Source: Sminthopsis crassicaudata
Taxonomy: Eukaryota
Direction: 5' to 3'
Length of the DNA stretch: 64,000 bases
Assembly: GCF_048593235.1 (NCBI RefSeq)
Contig: NC_133617.1
Location: 478,372,958 to 478,436,957 of the forward strand
Position numbers and translations under genes: made by a program. Positions 24,481-38,866 of the stretch are shown piece by piece. Every line of letters starts with the position of its first letter. Positions within the stretch are counted from its first letter, which is position 1. A model generated the notes under the pieces. It was not told where the DNA came from and did not search any database. It was given only the letters and a program-made list of their open reading frames with translations.

Positions 24481-25804
24481 GGGAGGTGTTAGATGCAGTT
24501 TCTAGATGGAGGGTTCAGGGCTGGTGGTAGGGAAGATGAACTGCATAGAAACAAACAATCCCTCATCTGATGGTGTTTTCAACTTTTTAAAATATTTAAA
24601 TTTAAGGGATACCTTATTTTGCATGTCAGTCATTTCCAGTTATAATCCTCACTACCTTCCAAACTACACTGGGAGCCCTTCCTTGTAACAGTGCAAAAAC
24701 AAAAACCCAGGTAAGCAAAACTAACCAAAATAGCAACTGGTACCCAACAGAGAATGCAACATTTCATATTCCCTGTCTTTCCAATGATGCTTCTAGTTTT
24801 TCTTTTTCTTTTAAAATTTTGGACTGGAGTTGTGATTTCCTTGGTATGGAGAACTCCCAGTGAGGAAACTCTATCTGCCTATGGCATTTGGCACCTGCCT
24901 GGTGTGGTGTCTAAGACACTGCCCTTAAAATCAAGAAGAACTGGGTTAAAATCCTGCTTCAATTCCTTATTAGTCATGTGACAGTGGACATCTTGATTAA
25001 CCTCTTTGTACCTCAGTTTTTTTTCTCATCTGTAAAATGAAGGGTTTGCACTGGATAGCCTCGGGGATCACGTCTAACTTCAGAGCCTTGATTATATGAT
25101 CCTATTTTCAGTCTTAAGCACTGGGATGTTAAAAGTGGGACTTGAATCCATGTTTTCCTGACTCTAAGATGGACTCTGTCTACAATACCACACTGTCTCT
25201 TTTTTCAAACTTTTCCTGTAACAATACAGCTAACATTTCTACAGCACTTTCAGCTTTTTAGCAAATGCTTTTCGAATATGATCTCATTTGCTCCTCACAA
25301 CTAAAGGAAATAGGTGTTGTTTTTTATCCTCTTTATACAAATGAGGTAACTGAGACTGAAAGACATTAACTGACTGGACTAGGCTCACACAGCCAGTAAG
25401 CTATTGGGTCTTCCTGACTCCAAGAACTATTCACAATGCCACCTATTATCTCCTCAATAACCCCGTAAAGTAGGCCAGCAATAACCAATCAACAGGCATT
25501 GATTGTCTACTCAGTACCAAGTATTGTGTTAGGCAATGTAAACCTAAATAAAATAATCTCCACTGACAGATGAAGAAATCAAGGCTTGGAGAGATTAAGC
25601 AATTTAGCTAAAGCCCAATAGCAAAGTAGGGGTAAAGCTAAAACTAAAACCCAGCTCTCTTAACCTTTAGTCCAGGGCTCGCTCTTATTGCTCCTATATA
25701 ACCAGAGAGATTATTGACCCAGGAAAGAGAATAGGAGTTGGTGCAATTAAGACTGTTGGGTCAATAGCTATGTTGCTTAGGAAATATTTCTGCTCTCCTG
25801 TTTG

Positions 25805-26020
25805 TGTTGTTGTTGATTCTTTGTGATCCCATTTGGGGTATTCTTGGCAGAGATTCTGAAATATTTTGCCTTTTATTTCTCTAGCTCATTTCAGAGGAAG
25901 AAACAGACAGACCACTTGAATGACTTGCTCAGAACCACATAGCTAGCTAATAAATACCTGGGCTCACATTTGAACTCAGGCCTTTTTGGCTCCAGGCCCT
26001 TTGCTTTAGCCACTTTGTCA
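25805..26020 (-). mobile_element. Mar1-like CORE-SINE with RTE-like tail
   Basis: gttgttgtt...gtgatcccatttggggtattcttggcagag...tttgaactcagg. Confidence 0.8.
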
Positions 26021-28424
26021 CCTAGGAGCCCTGATATCATATTGGATCCTTCTAAAAATCAGATGATAATGTGATGATAGGATTCTCATAGAGATCACAG
26101 AATACTGACTTTTGTTTTTAAAACTCTGAGTTCCAGATTCTCTCTCTCTCTCTTCTTCCAACACGTGAAGTTATGCAGAACATTTTCATAAAAGTCATGA
26201 CATCACAGAATACTGAGTGACATTTGACATATTTATAAGTTCATAAAACTGGAAGAAATCTTAGAAATCTTATAAGGAACCTTGGGAATGGTGTATCCCT
26301 CACCATCACCATTTTGCCTGCTTCTAGGCTAATCCTTATAGCCATCATCCAAGAAAGAAATTTGTATGGAGAAGGGGATAGGTGTCCTCAATAATTTCCA
26401 ACTAACTTTCAACCCAGGGTAGGGAAGCCAGCCTAGCTGATACGGTAAGGTACCCTGAAGGAGAAATGGTAGGCAAAATGTTCCAGGCAAGTCAAACTAT
26501 TACCTTGACTGCCATCTCCTGTATGAAGCTGAGAGAGATAACCCAGGGCTTTGAATCTAAACCCTAGGAATAGCAATATTTCCAGCCCAGTGTCCTTAGC
26601 CATCATCTTAGGAACCTAAGATGTGGAACTATTCCACATGTAACAGATGGGAAACCCCTGTGGAAAGTCAGCCTGGCAATTACTCCTACAGGTGCTTAGC
26701 CATAACCTCTGAAGACCCAAATGAAAAGGTTCTTTTCCCCAAAAGTTCTTGGTTCTGTCATCAGAACCAAGTGTGCGACATCAGAAATTGATAGGATTTT
26801 ATTAGTGGAAATGATATTTTAAAAGGAGCATTGACTTTTCTATCCTACTGTCCCTTAAGGGTCATGCCATCTTTCATATGACTTTAAGCTGAAACCAACC
26901 ACAAATGTCCTCTGTCCCATTAGTATGAGTTCCAGGAAATTAGGGACTGTCTTGATTTCCTCTTTGCATCCTTAAAATTTAGCACTGTGCTTTGTATATA
27001 AGCGTTTAATAAATGCTTTATTCATTTAAGTTTTAATCCCTTCATTGGACTGATGAAGAAATCGAGGTTCAGAGCTACAATAAGATGATATAGAACGAAT
27101 TAGAGTAACCTACCACCATGTTGTACTCTAGTGGGGAGTAGAAAAGCCACATATAGCACATAGACCAATGTTAGGGTATGATGTGATTACTATGTGACAC
27201 AGCATGTCACAATAATGAATGATAAAACTGAGGATAGGAGTATCAAAATAGCAAATGGGAGACTGTGGAATGTTGGAATGGAGTCTTCTCTGAGAAAATC
27301 AAAAGGGCTGGATTCTTAATCAGCTGAATGGGGGATTAATTCACCTCTCTCGACTCATTTTCTTTAATCTGTAAAATTAATGGACTAGATTAGATTATCA
27401 CAAAATTTCTTTCCATCTTGAAGATTCTGTAATATCCTAAGGATAATTTCAGGACAAACTGATATTGTACCCATATGATGGAGTCATGATAATAGGAGAT
27501 GGTAGAAAGCTAGCCATCCATGCCTCATATCTTGTAGGGAATGACGTTTGCTTCTTGTTGCCTGAGGGATTTTAGCTTGTCTGGACCTCTCTTGATTGGC
27601 ATATGGTCCAAAGTGGGTAATGCAAAAAGCTCTGGGCTACCTTAGGAGGACTGAGCTCTGCTTCCAATTTCTCCATTAACCATCTGTGTGACACTGGTTA
27701 AAGTCTCCTCACCTTTTAGATAGCTAATTTGTCTTTCTGCTTATGCTTTATGTGCTCAATCATGCTAGCTTTTTATGACAAATATTTGTGTTTTTATTAC
27801 AATCCTATTAATCACTTTTTTTATTAGTGGCTCAATATATGTTCTTGGATATGAGAATCCAGATTTCAGAATGCTCGGAGGGGCCTGCAGGACTCTTAGG
27901 CTGGAATTCTTGGTGGTCAGTAGCCTCATCTGTTTTTTTTTTGGCAAAGTCCCTGAAAGCCCTGATCTACAGAGCATTGGTGCTTACCATTAAACATGGG
28001 AGAGCAAACATAGTGGGACAGGGTTTGGAGAGGGGAATATTATGTATAGACCTCAAAGCATTGTAGCTCTTGAACTTGGAAGATGAGGAATTGCCCAGGG
28101 AGGATGAACTTATAGAAAATGAACCACAAATAAGCAAAATTGAAGTTTGTGAACATTCCACCTCTCTTCCAGGAAATCTCTGGGGAAGGGAGCTTTGGCT
28201 CTCCTGACATTCAGCGACCTATCAATCTTGTCAACTAATTCCTGCTTAGAGCTATTCCTTCTGGAAGGGATATTTGCATTTCAAAAGGAAAATATGAAGA
28301 TATCTATAGTAATGGCTCTCTAATGGTGGAATTTTTAGGCTTTGTGACAGACTAGTAAGGAGATATCTTGGGGAATAGAGAGGGCTTCCTAGAATTTGTC
28401 TAGCCACATAACTCATAACACATG

Positions 28425-28740
28425 ACTCAGTGGATAGAGTGCTGAGTCTGGAGTCAGGATGTCTCATCTTTTAAAATTCATATCTGACCTCAGACACTTC
28501 CTAGTTGTGTGACCCTGAACAAGTCACTTAATTCTAGTTTACCTGTTTCGTTATCAGTAAAATGAGGACTATTAATAGCACTTACTCCTGGGGTTGTTGT
28601 GAAGATCAAATGAGATAAATTGGCCTTTGCTTCAATTGCCTCAATTTAAAAAAGGAGTAATAATAGCACATGCTTCCTATGGTGGTTGTGAGGATCAAAC
28701 AGAAAACATTTGTAAAATGCTTAGCACAATTCCTGGAACA
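28425..28740 (+). mobile_element. CORE-SINE plus a second partial CORE
   Basis: cagtggatagagtgctgagtctggagtcagga...gtgtgaccctgaacaagtcactt; ttgt(t/g)gtgaggatcaaa-like motif occurs twice. Confidence 0.8.
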
Positions 28741-28746
28741 AGTACT

Positions 28747-28747
28747 A

Positions 28748-28788
<41 letters not shown>
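28747..28788. repeat. (TAT)n microsatellite
   Basis: Read directly. Confidence 0.97.
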
Positions 28789-29036
28789 GCTAGTCCACAA
28801 GCATTTAATTTTTATTTGTTGTACTAGGCCGGGGACACAAAGGCAAAAAACAAAATAGTCATGAAAGAATTTCAAGAAGATGCTATTTTGAATTATGCTT
28901 TGAAGGAAGCTGAGGAGTCTATAAAGTAAGTGAGAGAATGTATTCTAATCTTGCATAACCTCTTTCAGAGAGGTGGGTAACTTCATTAAGAATTGCTTAA
29001 ATTCTTACTTTGTGACAGGTAAAAATAATCTTACCC

Positions 29037-29260
29037 TCTTGTTCAGTCATTTTCCAGTCATGTTTGACTCTTCATGACTCTACTTGGGGTTTTCTTGGCA
29101 GAAATACCAGAGTGGTTTACTAATTCCTTCTCCAGCTCATTTTACAGATGAGAAAACTGAGGCAGAGTTAAGTAACTTGTCCAGGATCATATTGCTGGTG
29201 AGTGATAAATCTTTCTGATTCTAAATCCAATGCCCTGTATACAATATTGCCACCTAGCTC
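29037..29260 (-). mobile_element. Mar1-like CORE-SINE
   Basis: gttcagtcatttc...ggggttttcttggcag...ctccagctcattttacagatgag. Confidence 0.85.
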
Positions 29261-31289
29261 CCCCTGCCCTCTAGATGTTTACATTTTGTTGGAGGGAGAT
29301 AACCTATGTTTATGTCAAACACATACAGACAGAGACAAGATTATTTTGAAGGGATGGTGGTGAAGGCTGTCATAGTTGAGGGGACCAGGGAAGGTCCCAT
29401 GGAGAAGGTGATATTTATATATCTGTGTCTTAAAGGAAATCAGGGATGCCAGGGGCAGAGGTGAGGAGGGTGTGCCTTCCAGGCATAAGTAACAGCCAGT
29501 ACAGAGGCTCTGAGACAGGATATTAAATCTCATATCTGAGGAACGGCAAGAAGACCAGTTTGTCTAGACTATGGAGTCTAAGCAGGGTAGTGATATGTAA
29601 TAAGACTAAAAAGAGACCAGGTTGTGAAAAATTTAAAAAGGCCAAACACTGTCAGGGCTTCCTGTGTATATCCTGTCATATCCTTCCTGTGTAACCTGTG
29701 TAACTATTTGGATATGTGATCTCATTTGATTAAAAAAAAAACCCATCCTCAAAACTCAATCTTGCAAATGAAGTGCTATTTAATTCCCATTTTACAGATG
29801 AAGAAACTGAGGCTGAGCGATTAACTCTCTCAGAGTCTCATAGCTGGTAAGAGTAGAAACAAGATTTGATCTTAGGACTTCTAGATGCCAAGTTCAGTGT
29901 TCTATATACTGTACCACTTAGCTTTCTTCTTGGTCTTCACTTTTGTATTTTGTGAACTAAGAGGATTAGATTAAGATGACTTCTGTTTGTGAAAGGTAGC
30001 TTCCAAATTTAACTATGTGTTCCTATAATTTGTTGTTTGATTGCTCAAAAAATTGAGATGGAATCCTTGGGAAACTCAGAATAAGGCTGATCTCGAGTTG
30101 GCAGGTGTGGCTTGGCAGATAGATATGTGGGGGGGAGGGGTGTCAGAGCTTGGTGATGGGCCATATATTGAAAAAGAGTGCCAACCATCACTTCTTTCCC
30201 CATCCCCGATCTTGCCCTCGAGGTTCTGTTTCTCTTCTCAGTCCAGTTCCTCAAACCTGAGCAGACTGGACATTGATAATCTCTCTGGAAGCCATTCTTG
30301 TGGAATGAGACCAAAATGCTTGGAGGCAAGGTCAGGAAGGGTCAGGAAGGAGAGAGGTTCCTCTTCTGATGGGCATCAGTTCTGGTCCATGGCCCAGAGT
30401 ACTGGTACCCATGGTGGAATGTGATCTGGGCCTAAGGCTGTCATATTGGCAATTATTGCTACTAATTCCACACTCCCCGAAATGGACCCTGGAGTCTCCT
30501 AGATTGGACTGGAGAGAAACCTGTCCAATTCTGCCTCCTTTCAACCTGCTGAGACTCATGATGCCAGATTGCCTGGCCTTGGCCCTTAGCCTTATCCCCT
30601 GAGGGGATTTTGGAATTGAATTTCTGTGTTCCTAGGTGGAGCTCAAGTCTGGCTCATCAAATTCAGACCTGAGATCACACATGGTGGAGACTGGGACAAG
30701 CCCAATGAATGCTACTGGACTAGACACTGTTTAAAATCTATGGTGTTGCCCAGACAGAATAGAATTGGGATGCAATCTAGGTCAAAAGAAATTAGTGGTA
30801 TTTTTTTTTTCTCATTTAGGACTGGTAGTGAGTTTCAAATGAAATAAAGGATATAAAGCATTTTTTTCAAACCTTAAAGCACCTTATTAGTGCCAATTAT
30901 TACTGTTTTACTATTTAAAAGTTTTTTTTTAAATTTTTATTATTAGCCTCCAGGTCTCAAATCTGGTGATGACTTCATTCTCTGAGACTTCTATTATACT
31001 CCTGCTAAACCCAAGCAATGTTTATAGAGGGATACAGAATTTGCCAGTAAATGTTTAACAACCAGAACTCTGAAAAGGAGAGAAAAATGTGTATATTTTA
31101 AAGTTTAATATGAATTCTTAATTCTTTCTAGTCTAATAGCAAAAAATAAAAACACCAATAAATCAAGCCTAGATTTGCAGCCACTAATAATTTCTGAAGT
31201 AAATTTAAATTTAAATAGACAATTTAACAATCAGCTGTTCAAATTCAAACAGTCAGCTGGTTCCAGCACATCCCTTTAGGGTTGTTGTT

Positions 31290-31540
31290 TGTTTTTGTCT
31301 TTTTTTTCAGTTATATCTCATTTTTCATGATCCCATTTGGAACTTTCTTGGGAAAAATACTGTAGTGATTTTCCATTTTCTTCCTCAGCCCATTTTACAG
31401 TTGAGGAAACTGAGGCAAACAGGGTGAAGTGACTTGTCCAGAGTTATACAGCTAGTAAGGGTCTAAGGACATCAGGGAGATGAGTCTTCCTGATTCCAAG
31501 CTCCAGTGCTCTATTCACTGCCCCACCAAGGTGCCCCAGC
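31290..31540 (-). mobile_element. Mar1-like CORE-SINE
   Basis: gatcccatttgg...cccattttacagttgaggaaactgaggcaaacaggg. Confidence 0.8.
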
Positions 31541-31794
31541 CTATAAGGTTAGGATTCAGGTTAGAATTCACACCCTGGATAGTAAGCCTAGCTTAGGGTC
31601 TTACTACAATACAGAGTTGTTTAATCCTTACATAGTGCTGAATAAGATATTTTAAAAAAATAAATTATTACTTCTGGAGGGGTCCTTATAATGTAAGGAA
31701 GAAATCCTCACTCTCAAGCCCCTACCTCATGGCAAGTTCATCCAACCCTTCCTTACTAATGCTACCTTGAAACTGTATAACACATTATGCTTCA

Positions 31795-32890
31795 TTTTTT
31801 TTATAGTATTTTGTTTTTTCAATTACATGTGAAGATAGTTTACAACATTCATCTTTGCGAGATTTTGCATTCCAATTTTTTTTCTCTCCCACGCTTCCCT
31901 CTCCTCTTTCCAAGACAGCAGGCAATCTGATGTAGATTATATATGTACAATCATTTTAAGCATATTTCCATATTTGTCATATTGTGAAAGAAAAAAATCA
32001 GAACAAAAGGGAAAAACCATGAGAAAGAGAAAGTAAACAGACAGACAAAAAAAGAAGGGGTGAGAATAGTAACTTTGATCTGCATTATGTTTCTGTATTT
32101 CTCTCTCTGGATGCAGATGGTATTTTCCATCCCAAGTCTATTGGAATTGTATTAGATCAGTGTATTGCTGAGAAGAGCTAAGTTTATTACAGTTGATCAT
32201 CACATAATTTTGCTATTACCATGTACAATGATCCCTTGGTTCTGCTCACTTCATTTAGCATCAGTTCATGTAAGTCCAGATTTTTCTGAAATCAGCTTGC
32301 TCATCATAAAATTCATTTTCTTTTAAATTTTTTATTCATTTTGAAGTCAAATATGAAGACAAAAACAGAACATTTCCACATATATAGCACAACATAAAGA
32401 CAGCATGCAATATAAAACCATGAATTTCCATTTTATGCTGTTTACTTTTTTCTTAAAATTATCTAATAAAGAGTACAATCATTTTCAAAGCTCCCAAGCT
32501 TCTCTGTGCTTAATTCTAAGTTTTTTTTAGTTCTCTTCTGTGCTTTTAATTTTTTTTCTCCTTCCCTCCCCACACTATCCTATAGAAGGCTACTAATAGA
32601 CACAGATATGTACATACATGTAAAACCATACTATATATACTTCTGTTTATCAGTTCTTTCTTGGAGGTAGATGGTATCTTTACCAGTCCTTTGCAGTTGA
32701 TTTGAATATTTATAATACTCAAAATAACTTAGTTGTTTAAAGTTGCTCTTAGAACAATACTGCTGTTACTGTGCACAACGCTCTCTTGGTTCTGCTCATT
32801 TTACTCTTCATTATTTCATGCAGATCTTCATGTTTTTCTAAAATCAACCAGCTCATTTTATAACACACTAGTATTCCATATCAGATATGA
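31795..32890 (-). mobile_element. Two adjacent L1 3' end fragments of different subfamilies (~31795-32305, ~32330-32890)
   Basis: First matches the 4645/20268 type; second has a different 3'UTR ending in shared ctcttggttctgctc...tttcatg motifs. Confidence 0.8.
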
Positions 32891-33990
32891 TGTTTTCCAA
32901 AGCACTTTCATATAACTAACCTCATTCAAAGCCTCTCTGAAATCATGTGAGGTGTCTATTTTGCAGATGAAGTGACTATGACACAAAAACTTGGAGTATA
33001 GATCTGGGTTTGAGTCTTGTTTGTATTTGCTTATCACAGGCAAGTCAGCTGATATCCCCCACAAGCTTCAGTTTACTCATTTGAAAATAAGTGTGCCTAT
33101 GGTATCACCTTACAGGGTTGTCATTGGAATCAAATAATATGTTAAGGAAAGTGCTTTGTAAACCCTAAATGTTATATAAATGTCAGCTGTTATTCTTTAG
33201 AGGACAAGGCCACAGGACAATTTAGATGATAGCCGGGCAAGTGGTTGGAGCTCTTAGGAAGAAAGATGTTTTAGAAATTTAGAGTCATAATGTGCTTATT
33301 TCTAGCTTGGAGACAGCATGCTCTGAGAGCCACAATGTGCTTTAAATGGAGAGGAAGGCATCAAGGAGGAGGCTGCTCCAGGCACCATTGCCATTGGAGA
33401 CATGATTTAGGAAAGTAAGGAAGGAGGATTTTTTTTCTCTCTCAACAGGCAAGAAGAGTGCCTTTCTTCAGAAAGGATTTTGAATCATTCTTAAAAGAAG
33501 GAAGATGCAATCTCCTGCTCCCTTCCTGTAAAACACTTTATATGTCTAGTTCTTAGGAACTTTACCTAAAATAAGGAATCAAGCTAAATGTTCTGTAATA
33601 ATACCTAATGATATAGGTGGTGTAGTCTGCTAAGGACCTAAGTGCAAATCCTGTTTCAGACACTAGCTATGATCCTAGATAAATCATTTGCACTCTTTGT
33701 GCCTCAGTTTCCTCATCTTTTAAAAAATTTTATTATTGTTTTCTTTTTTTTTTTGCTTATACATGTACATTAATTAAAAAAACACATTTCTTTTGTTTTA
33801 TTTCTCTAATATTTTCCCCTTATTAACATTCAAAACAAAACAAAATTTTTACATTTGCTTCTAAAAATCTATGGGTTTTAGGTTCTTTCTCTTAGCCCCA
33901 CCTTCAGTTAAGAAACCACTTGTGAAGTTATGCAAAGTATTTCTGTAAAAATCATGTTGTGAAAAAAAAAGTCTCTCACCCTAATGAAAA

Positions 33991-34132
33991 NNNNNNNNNN
34001 NNNNNNNNNNNNNNNNNNNNNNNNNNNNNNNNNNNNNNNNNNNNNNNNNNNNNNNNNNNNNNNNNNNNNNNNNNNNNNNNNNNNNNNNNNNNNNNNNNNN
34101 NNNNNNNNNNNNNNNNNNNNNNNNNNNNNNNN
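33991..34132. other. Assembly gap (142 N)
   Basis: Run of n following an L1 3' fragment (~33722-33990, minus). Confidence 0.99.
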
Positions 34133-34488
34133 TCTTGAACCTCTCAGTAAGATGAGGAAAGTAGTACAAGTATGATAATACCCATTTTACAGATGAGGAA
34201 ACAAATTCAGAGAGGTTAAATTGCTTGCCCAAGATCACCCAATTAAAAAGTATACTTGTGGAAATTTTAGGGTCCCTCCTAATTCTGTGATTCTAGAAGC
34301 CCTTAATTTAAACTGCCCTTTGATAATTTGGGCTTTGTTCTGTAATCATCTTTTAGCCTGAGCTTTTTGCACAGATTTATCCACAAACACTCATGGGGTC
34401 CCTCTCAGATCGATGGCATAGTTCGGTATAGCTGACCTACTTTAGAGCCCAGACCGACCATTTCAAGTTGTCCATTTTCCCCATCCAG

Positions 34489-34619
34489 GTTTGTCTGTGC
34501 AAGTGACAACTTCAGTACTTTCCTGCAATGGACCCCAAAGTTTTGCCTCTGACCTGCTTCTCATAGCACAAGCTTGTGGACCTACATTGGGAGTGGCTGT
34601 TTCCTGTGGACTCATCCAT
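34489..34619 (+). other. Candidate exon
   Basis: Branch-like CTGAC ~34433, acceptor tccattttccccatccAG (34487-34488), donor CAT|GTGAGT; 131 nt; one frame open, peptide not recognised. Confidence 0.25.
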
Positions 34620-35801
34620 GTGAGTACACAGACAGAACCAAGAGAATTCCTACTGAGGTGGTAGGCATGTTTCAGGTGCCAAAGATGTCACAAGGACTGA
34701 TTTTCATTGGCACGTGGGCCACTTGCTGCCCCCTGCCCCCTTCCCTTCCTGCTGCTTGTAAGAGCTGCTCCTGCCTACTCTGCCAATGGGTCAGTGGCCA
34801 GTGGATTCTTCTCCCCCTCCCCTATTCCCCGATGCATGTTCCATTTCCCCCTACTTCTGCTGTACCAGAAGGAAAGGGGTCGGGAACCTTGGCTCAATAC
34901 TTTTCAAAGACTGCCAAATGGAGATCTATATTATAATGAAACATAAACATCATAATACAGTCTATCCATTTTTTACTAAGTATTTACAACCACCCTATTT
35001 ATTTATTCAGTCTCTTGCCATCACATCCCATGTCTTGTAGTCCCTGTGCTACTTTATGGTATATAAGAATTACTGACAATATTGAAGTTATCATAATATA
35101 GTAGTGAACACAGAAGCATATGTAATTGTAGCATAATAGAATAACTTAAATAGTATCATTGACATTTTAAAAAATCGTCATAATGCTTTTAACTCTTATT
35201 GCGGACTTTCTTGACTTATGAGATTTACAAAAGGAATGTTCAAGGTGTCATATTTTAGGTTCTTCACGAAGGCAAATACTGTATCTTTTCTTGTATAATT
35301 ATTAGGCATAGGAGGTGGATAGTGAATACTTGTTGAATTTGGATGTCAAATTTCAACATAGTATAACAAAGTCTCTTCTAGCCTTTCTTAGAGATATGCC
35401 CAATTTTATATTTTAGTTATTTTTTATTTCACCAGTGTGAGCTTTCTTTCTATCTAAGCAAATCATAATTGCCATAGTTGATAGTTTTAGGAAAGCAGTA
35501 TCTACTACTACTATTATAATTGCTACTGTTGCTGTTGCTACTGTTGCTATCATCACCCTACCATTACCGCTGCTGTTGATACTACTAATGGCAAAAACAA
35601 CTGATATTTATACAGTGTTTTTAAGCTTGCAAAGAGTTTTAGATTCATTAGCTCATTTAAGGCTCAGGACCACTTAGGGGCCATGTACCATATAGTTATG
35701 ACTTTATTATTATCCCCATTTCACAGAGCTTTCTTGTAAACAACTTGCCCATAGTCTAATAGGTGATAAATGTCAGAGATAGGCTTTAAACAAGTCTTTC
35801 T

Positions 35802-36257
35802 TTTTTTATATGACTATAAATTGTTTTGATTTTTTCTTTTTTGATTTCTTTTGATTTCTTTTTAAAATTAATTTTATAATTATATTTGTTGACAGTATAT
35901 ATGCGTGGGTAATTTTTTACAACATTATCCCTTGTACTCACTTCTGTTCCGAATTTTTCTCTCCTTCCCTCTACCCTCTCTTCTAGATGGCAGGCTCCCT
36001 ACATGTTAAATGTGTTATAGTATATCCTAGATACAATATATGTGTGCAGAACTGAATTTCTTGTTGCACAGGAAGAATTGGATTTAGAAGGTAAAAATAA
36101 CCTGGGAAGAAAGACAAAATTGCAAACATTTTACACTCCTTTCCCAGTGTTCCTTCTCTGGGTGTAGTTGATTCTGTCCATCATTGATCAACTGGAAATG
36201 AGTTGGATCTTCTCTATGTTGAATATATCCACTTCCATCAGTATTGTTGTTGAAATG
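35802..36257 (-). mobile_element. 5'-truncated L1 with TSD, inserted in a MIR
   Basis: TSD TAAACAAGTCTTTCT at 35787-35801 and 36258-36272; 3'UTR similar to the 12.5-kb L1. Confidence 0.9.
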
Positions 36258-36386
36258 TAAACAAGTCTTTCTAATATCAAGTTGAACACTCTATCCATGT
36301 TATCATATGGCTTCTCTGTGCAGTAGAAAGAACACTGGATTAGCACAGTGCTTGGCGCATAGTAGATGTTTTAAAATGATTTATTG

Positions 36387-36530
36387 AGGGCAGTTAGATG
36401 GTATGGTAGGTAGAGCACCTGTCTGGAGTCAGGAGGACCAGAATTCAAATCTGGTTTCAGACACTTGACATTTATTAGCTGTGTGACCCCGGGCAAGTCA
36501 TTTAACCCTGATTGCCTTAATAAAAAAAAA
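36387..36530 (+). mobile_element. Short CORE-SINE (WSINE1-like) with A tail
   Basis: gggcagttagatgg...ggagtcaggaggacc...gtgtgaccccgggcaagtcatttaaccctgattgcc then A-run. Confidence 0.9.
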
Positions 36531-36599
36531 ATACTGATTGATTGATTTGAAGAGAGTCTCTGGGTTCAAGTACTGGTTGAACTACTTATTGCTGTGAGA

Positions 36600-37550
36600 T
36601 TTTGGTTTTCTAATTTTTTAATTATTTATTTAGAATTTTCAGGATTTCTTCTTTTGTGCTTCTCTATTATGGAAAGATGGATCCATCCACAACCTTTTTT
36701 TTTTTTTTTAAATTAAGTTTATTAATCCTTTAAAATTTTTTGTTAATGTATTTTATGGCATAATTTTTCTTCTGAAGATTGTTTTAGCTGTATCTCAGAA
36801 ATTCTGAGTATTGTCTCAACATCATTCTTTTTTATAGTGTTATTATTTGCATCTTTCTTTTTTATATACTCATTAGTTAGGATGCTTTAATAAAAACATT
36901 TAGTGTTCATTTTATTTGATATCTTTTGCTTGTCCTTGCTGTATTAATAGCCATTTAATTATGTTGATTTTTTGAAGGATATTTTTAGTGTTATTGATTT
37001 TAAAATTTATTTATGATTTCTATGTGTCCTAATAAAATGATCTGGGTTTTTTTTTTTTTTTTTGTATATAAAGGTATCATATGGTTCTGGGATATATGTA
37101 TATTCTTTAATATCTCTGTTCAGAAGACACACACACTTTAAATTCAACAGTTTATTCAGTTCTAATTTTCCTTTTAGTTTAGCTTTCTATTAGATTTTTC
37201 ATGTCTGATAGAGGAACATTAAAGAGTACAATTATTGTGGGGTTGTTGTTTTTTTGCAAGTCAGTTTTTCTTTATGAATTTAGCTACTTTGCCAATGTGG
37301 TGCATATATGTTTCATATTAGTACCAATTCCTTAAAACATTCTTTCTTGATATTGTGACTTTTTTTGCTTTGTTTTATTTTTTAAAATTTGTTATTAATA
37401 TGGGTACAAGGTCACACAGCTAGTAAGTGTAAAGTATCTGAAGCTGGTTCTCTTGACAGAGCAGATGCTCTATTCACCGCATCATCTAGCTGATCCTTTT
37501 GCTTTGTTTTATAACATAGATTACCACTCCTGCTCTTTGGACTTTGGACA
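36600..37550 (-). mobile_element. Old degraded L1 internal fragment (short SINE inserted ~37375-37490)
   Basis: T-rich L1-antisense-like sequence (tttagctgtatctcagaaattctg...); weak similarity. Confidence 0.55.
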
Positions 37551-37977
37551 AGTTGCTTAACTTTTTATATTTCGGTTTTTCATCTATGAAATAAAGGATT
37601 TAAATAGATTATTTCTAAGGGCCCTTCCAGCTCTAAATAATCCTATGAATTGCTATAGCTAGAAACAATCAACTTTTTGGTGACAAGCCTAAACAAATTT
37701 AGTTCATCTGTTTGGTAGACAATAAAATCATCTGTAACCTGGATTATACACATGAATACAATCTATATACAAACACATCTTTACAACTAAATCTATACAC
37801 ATACATTTGATGAAATCCCCTCTGACAAATGAGACTAGGTCACATCTTTATTCCATCTTTATCTTTATCTCCATCTCTAACTCTAGCTCTATCTCACTTG
37901 CTCTGGTGAATTGGGCTAGTTCATATAGCTATTTACCAATTTCTTTTATTGAATAAGATTATGATATGTGTATATGA

Positions 37978-38026
<49 letters not shown>
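37978..38026. repeat. (TCTA)n microsatellite
   Basis: Read directly. Confidence 0.98.
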
Positions 38027-38030
<4 letters not shown>

Positions 38031-38866
38031 CTATATCAGATTTGATCAGTCACTACAGGAATGGAATAATGAATCAAAGCTTGATAGACTTCAAATCTGA
38101 ACCTCAAGAATGTACATTAAGTGTATGATCTCAGACAAGTCACTTTCCCTATGTGGGCTTTTTCTTCCTCATCTATTAAAGAGTGGGTAGAATTAAACTA
38201 GAGATTCTTAATATTGCGTGTGTGTGCATGTAAGATAGACCCCTCTGTTGAAGCCCATGGACCCTTTCACAGAATAATGTTCTTAATGCATAAAAATATG
38301 TAGGATTACAAAGGAAGCAAATGCTATTGAAACCATTATAAAATATGTATTTTTTAAAAGAATAAGTTTATGAATCTCAAGATCATTAGATGGTCTTCGA
38401 ACTTCCTCAACATCTATAATATTCCATTAATAATAGCCTCTGTGTGTGTGTGTGTGCATTCATTGTTTGTAAAGCACTTCCCATTTTCTATGTGATTTGA
38501 TCCTCATAACAATCCTGGGAAGTAGGGGCTATTATTATCCTTATTATACTAGATGAAGAAACTGAGCTCCAGAGATTCTAAATGATCTATTCAGGGTCAC
38601 TTAACTATTAAATGACCAAGGGAGGATTTGAATTCAGATCTTCCTGAACAAGACATGACTAAATCTTATCTCTAAGTTTAATACTTTAGGCCCTGTGCCA
38701 TCTAGCTGCCTTACTTATTAAGTTCTTGAAAAGAGAATGAAAAGGAAAAAAAGTGCACATTCTTCTTTTACCTCTTTTAGTTTTGCTTATGCTTTTGTTT
38801 GATTTTAATTTATTCATTTCTTCACAAACAAATAATACTGTAAAGTTTTAAAAGTGTTTTCAAATT

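Noticed and set aside
26748-26771. Hairpin CTTGGTTCTG-tcat-CAGAACCAAG
   Set aside because: About one 10-bp-arm hairpin is expected by chance in this length.
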